Below the pieces are notes generated by a model, which did not search any database, was not told the origin of the DNA, and saw only the letters and a program-made list of their open reading frames with translations. From assembly GCA_010093605.1 (NCBI GenBank), contig MU004193.1, positions 1,123,520-1,187,519 of the forward strand: a DNA stretch of 64,000 bases, given 5' to 3'. Source of the stretch: Lophium mytilinum. Lineage: Eukaryota. Of the stretch, positions 49,680-59,784 are shown in pieces. Numbering within the stretch: position 1 is the stretch's first letter; every line of letters begins with the position of its first letter. A program made the position numbers and the translations under genes.

Positions 49680-50280
49680 GGCGATATCTCAGAGGTAGCA
49701 ATTGGAGTGCAATGATTCGAAAGGCTTGTCGAACTTGATTTTGTGTCTCACTAAAGATTCAGCTGCTTGTGTCTTGGGTCGTTGAAATAAAAAAGCTCGC
49801 GGTTCTTGAGGGGTCAAGAGTTCTAGTGGGGTCACCGCCAATCATCAAGACCTTCCGGTGAAGGATGTTCCGGTGAGTGCTGCGACTGACCGAGGATAGG
49901 AATCTCTAAGAGCGTCCGGTGAAAAGCAATAAGCTTGACGATTCCAGAGAGCGCCCTGGGAAAAATCCATCATTACTAGATCTATATCGAAACATAAATA
50001 GTACGTCACCCGCTGCTCTGCTGTACCCCATCACCTTGCTATAAGTCGCAAGATTGAGTGCAGTTTACCCCGCACTAGAAAAAGCAAATGAGTGCACGTC
50101 TCAGCATTTTCTATCACCGACCCAGCATTGCAGATTCTAATGCTTGTCGAGGCTTAGTTTACATTTCTTGCAACGCTTTGGTAAGATCTTTTCAATTTAG
50201 CCTCTAAGTACTACTATCGAACTTTTAGAGAGACATTCCATGCCCTGTTGAGGTTCAAGCTCCAAGAATCTCTTCTCAGC

Positions 50281-53204
50281 ATGGACACAGTAAAGTTCGA
50301 AAACGATGCAAGAATCAGCACTTCTACGGAGCAACTACACTACGACAATTTCATATCTATACAAACTGCTGCGAATCATTGCGCTAGTATCTTCACTAGC
50401 TCAAGAGCAATATCTATTCGACAGGAGTGCCCAAAAGGGATACTAGTCGACTTCGAAACCCAATGCAGTCGATTCAAGATTTGGGCATGCGGTCTCGATA
50501 TCTCTTTCAGTCAAGTTAAGGCGGAGCAGCTGAGTGAAGAGCGGCTTAAGACTGAGAGTAAGTGCGAAACCGATGAAGTCGTTGCCCATCTGCTTCGAAG
50601 GCTCGCCGGAAAGCTCCTTGCATTTTTGGCATCACCTTTGGATACTCAAGCCCGACCTGAAGAGCAGTCAAGCCAGGCCGGAAATAACGCAGAATCAACG
50701 AGTCCATGTTCTTCGGTGTCCTCTCTGGTGCTTGAATCGGATGCAGAATCTTCCGACTCAGATGATTCACCCCCAGACTCCGCAACACTCCGGACAAACC
50801 TTGCTCGCCGGCATCCTCTACTGGTAGATGCTGATAATATCATCACGCGTCTCTATCGCTTCAATGCTATTACCAGGATATACACAGCACACGGTGAGCA
50901 CCAAAGGTCTCCTCAGCATGTTGGGGCTGATCAACAGTACCCTGACCCACCGGGTTTCCAGTTGCTTGTCGAAAACGACGTTCTGAGGAGTAGTCCCCGC
51001 CTGCAACATTTGCCAGCTTTGCAGGAGCGTATTGTTCGCGCAGCTCTTCACCGGGACAGAAGAATTCGTGGTTGGAAACCCCATGAACAGGAGCCTCTTG
51101 AAGCTGATGCCTCGGAAACTGAGATACCTCCAGCAGGACCAGAAGATTGTCTTGGGATTCCACATATGCCGCAACCTATCAGGCCAAGTTCATCGGAAGC
51201 TCAATGTCCTATTTGCTCCAAAACCTTTAATCACGGGCTTGAAGAAAATCGGAATACGGGAAAATGGTGGAGGTAATGTGTTAATCGCCGCTTGAGTTTC
51301 AGTCCTTCTACTAATCTAACTGGGTAATTATAGGTCCCATGTTATGGAAGATCTAGAACCATACGTCTGCCTATTTGAGGAGTGCCCTATGGAGTATCAA
51401 GCTTTTCGGACTATCGCTGATTGGATAAATCACATGGCGTGGCAGCATACCACGTTCTACTCCTGCCAGTTTGGCGGCCACGAGAATGTATTCTTCCTCA
51501 GCCGGAAAGCATTCGAGTGTCATCTAACGCAAGATCATCTTGATAACATCCCTAAAGGAAAAATTGACCATATCATCTCAAAAGGCCTCCGGCCGGCCCC
51601 GGATCTGATAACAGTGCTCGTGGCCAAAGCAGATCTGACGACACATGCCCTTCTCGATCACGTGTCCTTGTGTCCCTTTTGCTATATCGGATTGAGTATA
51701 TTCGGCTTTCCCTTGAATGTAGAAGCAAATGGTACTGCAATCTCACTAATTCCATCTGCGCTACATTTGAAAGTACAAGACCACGTTGCTGCTCACCTAG
51801 AATCCATTGCGCTGCTTTCGTTAAAAAAAACGAGGACCGTACCCTCCTACCCTTGATCATTCGGTGTCTAAAGCAGCCAATTCGCGAACTCTGGAAGATT
51901 CATGGCCCGCCGCATCAAATGCGCCCATGAATGCATCCACAGATGCGCAGGCCACATCCCAGCCAACAACGCTCTTCCGTCAAAGATCCGCTGAACCTGC
52001 GCATCCACCGAATGCTAGTCATTTGGAATCTGGTGTCATTACATCATCAGATGTAGAACCCGCTGCACATGCACAAAGGCAAATGGCTTCGCAGCCAGCG
52101 TCATCCTCTTATCATCCGGCCTCGAACTCTTCTGCACAAAATACCGGCCTGTCCATGTCGCTCACCAATGCTTGGACATCCGAGACTTCTAACGCGAATG
52201 TGTGGACTTGGAGCGAGCCTTACCAGAACTATTACCGCGTCTCTTGGGACTCGAAAGGTAGTATCACTATGTGAAGTTAAGGATGCGTTGTTCACTAATT
52301 ACGATGCAGGCGCTCCAATATACCACTGGGCCGAAATAAAACCTACCATTTCAAGTCCGGTGAACCCAGCGAGTTTGGTATCTTTGCCTGCAAAGGGTAG
52401 GTCGACTTCCCTTTATGTTGAGTACTCGTTCTTTCAGATATTCTATCAATGCCGTTACGTTTCCAGAAACTGACAAGCCATAGATGAAAGCAAGGCTGCA
52501 AATGTTAGCAGTGGAACGCTCAGTAACGCAGAATTACTTGACTCGAGTGGGTTTATTACCGTAGACTCAAACATGTTGTTGCTAATTGCTACAAGGCTAC
52601 AGACTCCAAGCTTCTAGGTTCTTTAGGAAAGGAAGGGTAATTTACCCTGTAAGCAGCCTTAGTTTGGTAATACTATTGACGCAACTCTGTAGATGTTCTC
52701 AGTTCTTTCCACTGTCGGTGATACCGCACCTAAAACAGACAAGGAGAGCGGGTATGGTAGTGTAGTTCGGCACCAAACGACTACGGCGGCGCAAATTCTC
52801 CGATTAGTCTCCGTCGATAACAAAAACGAGGTGTGTTATGCCTGGTAAGTTTCACACGATACTCATCACGGTGAGACGCTGATAATGATAGTCGTATCTC
52901 TACATACGGAAAACGAGGTACCCTCGGAGAAGGGTGCCAACCTAGCCAGCATGCCATTATCTACTACGTTGGGCGTCAGGATCCTATCCTTCTGGAAGGA
53001 GAAATGGGAATAAAGAAAAACCCAATTGGAGTCACACCTATGGAAGGCGACTCCTCGCTATCAAAGATGCACGTTGCTTCGCGCCTTAACTTCGGAGATG
53101 TGTATCAGATAGAGCACAACGTGAAAGTAAAAGATCTCGGGAAGGTCATCGACGAAGACATGTCGTACCTGATTGCCTACTACGAGCAGGGAAGAAAGGG
53201 ATAA
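50281..53204 (+). CDS. C2H2 zinc-finger protein fused to W/Y motif and DUF6590 copy 4; frame broken at an A8 run (51823-51830)
   Basis: RFKIWACGL...IITRLYRF...CPICSKTF...WR/SHVMEDLEPYVCLFEEC...WINHM...CPFC...HVAAHLESIALLSL. Removing one A continues the frame to WTWSEPYQNYYRVSWD...LLDS/YRLQASRFFRKGR/MFSVL...CYAC/RISTYGKRGT...HAIIYY...SRLNFGDVYQIEHNVKVKDLGKV. Could instead be a pseudogene or two genes. Confidence 0.7.
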
Positions 53205-53987
53205 TGTGACTCATGCTCTACACGGTCATGGAAATTGAGGATTAAACACTAAGCGCAGTTCAATGTTGACCTAAATGTCTTGATTTAAAGTGATGGTGAG
53301 TTATTGAAAGCTTCCGGCTGTATCGATTTGAAACTCGAGGCTGCTAAATAGTTCATATACCGATTTCGTTATTTAATTGCGTCACTGAGACAATAGTCCT
53401 CTTGTCACAAGCGGATTCAAACGGCAGAACTTTATACCATGACTCTAGCAAGACACTGCGTGGCCTGATTAACGACCGGAGGGAGTGAAGTGCCCGGGAA
53501 CGCAGCACGCTACAAGCTATAACGTAACGATAGTATGCTTCCAAAATATGGTTAAACAATTGATTGGAATCCACTCAATCCCCTTTAATAGAAGTCCTGT
53601 AACTTGAAGGATCCCTATGCGATGTTCCTATGCTTGCATTGCGATCAGACAACAGCAGGAATGGCTTCACACGGGCCGGGCGCTTCGCTGGCGAATAGGG
53701 CTATGGCTTAGAACTAGTATTTTCACCAGCCGCGACTTCATTGGTGTGCACGCGCGAGTGGCACAAGCCACATGCAATGCTGGGCAGATTTACGTTCTAG
53801 CCTGCAACGAAACCCACGTAGACGTCTGCGTCCAGAGTGCCCACTGTGCACACACTCTGCTCTGGTGATGTCAAGTCCGAGACCTATTGGCTTTTGATGC
53901 ATACGGCGTTTTTCGAAGAACCCTGTTTTCTGCTGTCCATGCCGGCGTCCCCGAGCTGCTCTCACTCATTCAAAGCCTGGGGCAGTC

Positions 53988-55904
53988 ATGTCGACAGATC
54001 GAGGTCCAATTGCAGACCTACCAGAGGAACTTTGCGGCGATACTTCTGATGTCCGTCCAAACCGGCCTTACCTTCCAAACTTCTCTAGCGTGTGTCGTCA
54101 TAAGGACTGTCATCTTTCTCAACACAAGGACCGTCATTTCCATCGCAAGTACCGTCAACATCTAGAGAACGTGCAGAGGAGGCATGAACAGCTCGCGCAG
54201 TCAAGAGAACGAATAGTCATCGAGCGAGTGGAAACCCGATCTATATTGCAATCGATTCGTCCGCACCGAGAGAGAGCTGGAAACCTCGAGGCTTCATTTG
54301 TGACGAGGCTGAGACAATTCTGTGCGCGGCAAGCCAGTGTTCTTCCTCCGGATATTGACGCACTGTACCAAGAGGTTCAAGAAGCACGAGACACGATTGG
54401 TAAACTCGAAGATGACTTTATCGAAGCCCAGAAGTCGTATAATGCCTCTGAATGGCGGTTCATCGAAGCAGAGGATGATTTCTATCAGTATGATATTCTA
54501 GAAGATCTCCCAGAGACTAGCGACGAGGGCAGTATTAGCGACAGCGCACGTGGAGAGCCTACAACTTCACTCGTCATAACCCAACCAGTCGCTAAAGCTA
54601 TGATGGAAAGACTTTCCCGCGATCTCGTAAGCAATACGATAGAAAAGCGCCAGCTCAACGATCAGTTCAATGACTTCCGGGAGGAAGAAGTTGTACCAAT
54701 GGATGAACAAGAACTACGGTTACTTGCCGACTTTTCAACTCCGCGGAGGATAGAGGAGGAAAAGGACTTATTTCAACAAGCAGCAAACGTGGTTATCGAG
54801 AAACTCGTTGCTGTCGATGTCAGAGAAAGAAATCTAAGGCAAGAAATGCTCAGTATCGCCCACTCCTCCATGGCCCTTAGTCGCCGAGCTTCGGATCCTC
54901 CGAGATCGACTATGATGCCTTCACCAACTTCAAACATCGAGGCAATCTCACGCGAGATGAATGAAAGCAACTTGGCTGTGTATGGCCACGACCGCATAAG
55001 TAATAGAAAGAGAGTGGGCCAATGGATACTTGATACTATGGAGACGTCATCTCTTGAGAAAGCTCGATTCAAGCACTTTCTCCGCAGTGCAAACAATGAG
55101 GAGTTTGATGAGTCCATCTTTGAGCAGATCTTGATTCAGCGTTGGATGGATGGGAGCTCTAGTAGTTCAGCAAGTCGCACTGGCCAAGACGGCCCGATGT
55201 GGCACAGAAGCGTTGCGAGAAGTGAGTCTATGGAGGCAAAGAGAGAAGAATATGAGCCTTCGGAGACTCTGATGTCCAGACATGCAAAGAGCACATGGAC
55301 ACCGCCCATCTCCGTCAAATTTGCCTCACCACCCCATCACCAACTAGAGCTCAGAAACACAACACCGGAAAATATGGAAAGCTCTGATCATACGAGCAAT
55401 CTCTCTACAAATGACCGACACATAAGTCAAGACAAGACTACCATCGATCGCCCTAACCCCACGCTAGACTTTCATCAACATGCCTACGAATTACGTATCC
55501 AGCCTGAGAGATCTAGTGATCGGCCTCGATCAGATCTAGGGGATATCGGTGACGCTGGGAACGTCACTTTCGATCTGATTCTACCCAACTCATCCGCGAA
55601 CGTTGAGACCTCGTCTACCACCCAATACCGGTACAATGAGCCTTTGCGAGCTCCTCCGCCAATGATCACCGAGAACATCAGAGGCGCCCACCAGCTATTC
55701 ACATATACCATCAACAGACCATCTCCAAGTCCACCGCTTACAATGGCGTCTAGCGCTTCAGTCGTAGTTAATATCTCACGATCTGCTTCACCAATGAGCG
55801 ATGGTATTGAGCCACATGAATTACGGCGATGCCCCAGAGGAGATCTACCGCTTGCAAGGTCTGCATCCCACCGAAGATCTCGGAGTGAAAGCAACGCTTG
55901 CTAG
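53988..55904 (+). CDS. Coiled-coil partner protein CC4, in tandem downstream of DUF6590 copy 4
   Basis: LEASFVTRLR...VQEARDTIGKLEDD...SEWRFIEAEDDFY...FNDFREEEV...RRASDP...RKRVGQWILDTMETSSLEKARFK. Clearly paralogous to CC3. Confidence 0.85.
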   Translation: MSTDRGPIADLPEELCGDTSDVRPNRPYLPNFSSVCRHKDCHLSQHKDRHFHRKYRQHLENVQRRHEQLAQSRERIVIERVETRSILQSIRPHRERAGNLEASFVTRLRQFCARQASVLPPDIDALYQEVQEARDTIGKLEDDFIEAQKSYNASEWRFIEAEDDFYQYDILEDLPETSDEGSISDSARGEPTTSLVITQPVAKAMMERLSRDLVSNTIEKRQLNDQFNDFREEEVVPMDEQELRLLADFSTPRRIEEEKDLFQQAANVVIEKLVAVDVRERNLRQEMLSIAHSSMALSRRASDPPRSTMMPSPTSNIEAISREMNESNLAVYGHDRISNRKRVGQWILDTMETSSLEKARFKHFLRSANNEEFDESIFEQILIQRWMDGSSSSSASRTGQDGPMWHRSVARSESMEAKREEYEPSETLMSRHAKSTWTPPISVKFASPPHHQLELRNTTPENMESSDHTSNLSTNDRHISQDKTTIDRPNPTLDFHQHAYELRIQPERSSDRPRSDLGDIGDAGNVTFDLILPNSSANVETSSTTQYRYNEPLRAPPPMITENIRGAHQLFTYTINRPSPSPPLTMASSASVVVNISRSASPMSDGIEPHELRRCPRGDLPLARSASHRRSRSESNAC

Positions 55905-56363
55905 GAGGATATCTTTCTCGAGCCTAACCGGAAACCTCGATTAGAAAGACCATAACTTGGACCGCTTGGCCGTGAGGCCTAGGACAACCATTTATAGCTC
56001 GATGTATATAGCGGCAAGCCTCTTCCGATCCCAGAAGATATTTGAGACTTCATGTTGATCAACCACCTGCAAAGATTTTGCCAGCAGCGGGGCTTCACTT
56101 GGTTTAGAATATAAGATCATATTCTTATTCTTCTCATGGCTGGTGCGATTCTCAACCTGGCTGTCTTAGATTAAAAAATCTAGTCGAGCGTAAATCTCGA
56201 TAGAAACCTGCAAAGCTGAAAACACTGTGCATAAACTGAAGTCCGAGCTCTGTGGAGCAATCACGTGAAGATATCTTGGCAGAGCTTGGCATCGCTGGTA
56301 AGAAAAAAAATCCAATCTTGACCTCAGCAGAAATCAACACAGCCTCAAACACCACCCGTCAAG

Positions 56364-58308
56364 ATGAAACGAAAACTCAACGAAGAAGACGTTCCGGAGG
56401 AGGTACGGTCTGCGCCAGCTATGAAATCAGGCTCGAAATTCGAAACGTTGCATCTTGATCCTCGTCTCATGCGCGGGATTCAAGCGCAATCATGGGCAGA
56501 GCCGACGAAAGTGCAATTGGAGGCTATTCCACTAGCTCTGTATGGCCTCTCATTTAAAATTGATCCTACTCAAGCTGACAGTATGTAGTGAAGGGAAAGA
56601 TATCCTCGCGCGATCCTCGACTGGCACTGGGAAAACCGCCGCCTACCTTCTACCCGTACTCGAGAAGATCCTCCGCAGCAAAACAACATCCACCCAGCGA
56701 CAGGTCACGGCACTCATACTTGTCCCGACTCGGGAGCTGGCTGGGCAGGTTGCAAAGGTCACGGAGTCGCTTGCGGCGTTCTGTGGACAAGACATACGCG
56801 TGGAGAATATCGCACGGAAAGAGGATGATAACGTACAACGTCAACGCTTGGCAAACTTCCCGGATATTGTTGTGTCTACTCCGGGTAGAGTGTCGGCCAA
56901 CTTGAACAATGGTGCGCTCTCTCTCGATCACCTGGCATACCTGGTTATCGATGAAGCGGACTTAGTTATGAGCTTTGGACACGAAAGCGATCTTGAAAAC
57001 ATCTCCAAGTCTTTTCCGAAGGGTGTCCAGTGCTTCCTCATGAGTGCTACTCTAGCTTCCGATCTGGACACACTGAAAGGCTTGTTCTGTCGGGATCCGG
57101 TCATTCTGGAGCTGGACGATGACGAGAAGGATGCTGCTGGTGTCACTCAATTCGTTGCGCGATGCAAAGAGGACGAAAAGTTTCTGCTGGTCTATGTTAT
57201 GTTCAAGCTGAACTTGATCAAGGGGAAGGTAATCATTTTCGTGGGGGACATCGATCGATCATACCGACTAAAGCTATTTCTGGAGCAGTTCGGCGTCAAG
57301 AGCGCGGTCCTGAATTCTGAACTACCAGTCGCCTCTCGCCTACATATCGTGGAACAGTTTAACAAGAGCTTGTATGAGATCCTCATTGCTAGCGATGAGA
57401 ACGAAGTTCTCGGGAACGAAGGACGAAAGAAGAAGAGTAACAAGGTGGATGAAGCGGAGGAAGAGGTGGACAAGGAGGGCGAACCAAGCAAGGCAGCCGA
57501 TCCCGTAGATGTTCCAGCAGATGACGATCATGACGCAGAAAAGGACACTACAAATGGCAACGCAACTGAAAAGTCTGGGCCGCCACAGAAGAAGAGGAAA
57601 GGACCAAAGCTCGACAAAGACGCCGGCGTGAGCAGAGGTCTCGACTTCCGTAACATCGCCTGTGTCCTCAACTTCGATCTTCCAACGAGCTCCAAATCAT
57701 ACACTCACCGAATCGGACGAACAGCACGCGCGGGACAGACCGGTATGGCGCTGTCATTTGTCGTTCCCAAAGAGCACTACCGAAAGCATCGCCCAACCAC
57801 TTTCCCGTCCACTGAGCACGATGAAGAGGTCATGGCGAAAATTGTCGCATCCCAGGAGAAAAAGGGGAAGTCTGTTTTGCCTTACAACTTCGACAACGAA
57901 CGTCTAGATTATTTCCGATACCGATTCGCGTCCGCCCTGAAAGCTGTGACTCGGATAGCCGTGAGAGAAGCTAGGGTGCGGGAGTTGAGGATCGAGCTCT
58001 TGACCAGCGACAAGCTCAAGAGGCATTTCGAAGAGAACCCTGAGCTGAAACAGCAACTGAGGCACGACGGCGAGCTCAGAGCTGTGAGGTTGCAACCACA
58101 CTTGAAGCACGTTCCCGATTACCTTCTACCCGGAGGCACGCAGGCTGCTCAAGATAACGTCGGGTTCATTGGGATGGGTAAAGCGAACGAGAATCGGATT
58201 CGAAAAGCAAGAATGCAAAACAAGGCTCGTGGTAAAGGGAGGAAGCCTGGAGGGAGGAACGCAGATCCACTGAAAACATTCAATGCGAAGGGGCGTGGGA
58301 AAAAATGA
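56364..58308 (+). CDS. DBP9: ATP-dependent DEAD-box RNA helicase Dbp9 (DDX56), 2 exons
   Basis: TGTGKT, PTRELA, DEAD, SAT, SRGLDF and [10 protein letters not shown] motifs, plus Dbp9-specific LKRHFEENP...LRHD...HLKHVPDYL...DPLKTF. Intron 56540-56588. Confidence 0.95.
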
Positions 58309-58596
58309 GTCTCTCATGACGGTAGATGAAAATATAATCAGGCAATACCCGATCCTTTGTCTACACATTGCATCCACTTGAAAGATAGGTGCCATATGAG
58401 TGCCTCTTCTAGACGCCGCTATAACAGCAAACATGCCCCGACACCTGTTCAAGCCCGCATGAGCACCGATAATGATAATAGAAAGAATAACCAAAACCCA
58501 GACTACAGAACCCAGACCGCAAATCCCAAATCTCTCCTAGCCTCGAAGAATGCCTTCTCACCATCTCGGCCATCTCTCTCCCCCTTTCTACGCTCC

Positions 58597-59784
58597 CTAC
58601 CCCATCCTCAATCCCCCACTCCCCTTCCCCCTCACCACAGCCATATCCACCCCCTCCTCCCGAAACGCGGCTTTCAAGTCCCGCCCCAGCGCCTCGTTCC
58701 CCGCAACCAACTCCCCGAACTCCCTCTCCTTCGCCAACCGCGAAAACCCCTCCATAACCACCTCAACACACGCCTTCCTCAGCTCATCGTGGGTAGTTGG
58801 CTGGCTGGACGGAAGCGTATACACGAAGCCGACCCCCTTCACCACCCCGTCAACCCCGACCTCCTCTTCCCCCCTTACCCGCGCCCTCCGCGCCCGCGCC
58901 ATAATATGCGCGCACGCGGCGCGGAAGTTCGCCACAGCGTGTGTGATGAGGCCCGGGACGGCGAAGTGCAAGGCGGTGTGGTAGACGCGCGCGTGCCACT
59001 CTGGCGGTGCCATGACGGGAGCGTGCGCGGCGGTGTGCGCGATAAGGGCGTGGTAGATGGGGGTGTAGGAGCGGGCGTAGAGGAAGGAGAGGAGGGCGCG
59101 GATGGACCAGCTCCAGTAGCCCTCCAACCTAAGGGTGGTGAGAGACGAGTTAGGTTCGAGAGCGTGCGCGAACCATTGCGATTGCGAGCAGAGGATTATC
59201 TTGTGGGCGGGCGTGGAGTGCGGGCCGTAGTGGAGTGATATGTCCGTGAAGGTTGGGTCGACGAGGAATCTGGGAGGGGGGTTAGTGGAGGAGGTGGGGG
59301 GGAGATGGTGGGATGGAAGTTACCTGTGTAGATTGGGCCCGGGGATTTCGACGAGGGTGTCATTCGTGACGGGAGGTTGGCTAGGGGGCGCTCTGGGAGC
59401 TGCATTCGGGACGGCTCTAGGGGGCGTATGAGCTCGCAGTGGGACGCCCTCCTTCTCCGCCGGCTGGAGATCTCTGAGAGGTGCTCTAGGAGCTAGACCT
59501 GGGATAGCTCTAAGAGGTTTCCGAGCGAGTGGATGTCCTTCTGGCCACGGGGAGGGAAGTCCGCGAGCCCGAGGAGATGGAGGAACGTGGTCCACGTAAT
59601 ACTTATTTCGGGAAGCTCTGAAATCTGGTCTAGTAACTGCATTTGGCACCGCTTTAGGAGGGGTCGGAGCGGGCGGTAGGACGCCATCCACATTCTCCTC
59701 TAGTTGTAGAGAGAACAAAGAGGCCTCAGGAGCCGGGCCTTCGGGGGTGTGGCTGCGAGAAGTCTCTAGCTGTGGTCGTGACAT
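58597..59784 (-). CDS. BTB/POZ domain protein with a Pro-rich N-terminus, 2 exons
   Basis: After an intron at about 59323-59271: FLVDPTFTDISLHYGPHSTPAHKIILCSQSQWFAHAL...IRALLSFLY...HARVYHTALHFAVPGL, the typical fungal BTB pattern. Confidence 0.8.

Noticed and set aside
58357..59238. 293-aa plus-strand ORF
   Set aside because: It is the antisense shadow of the minus-strand BTB gene.
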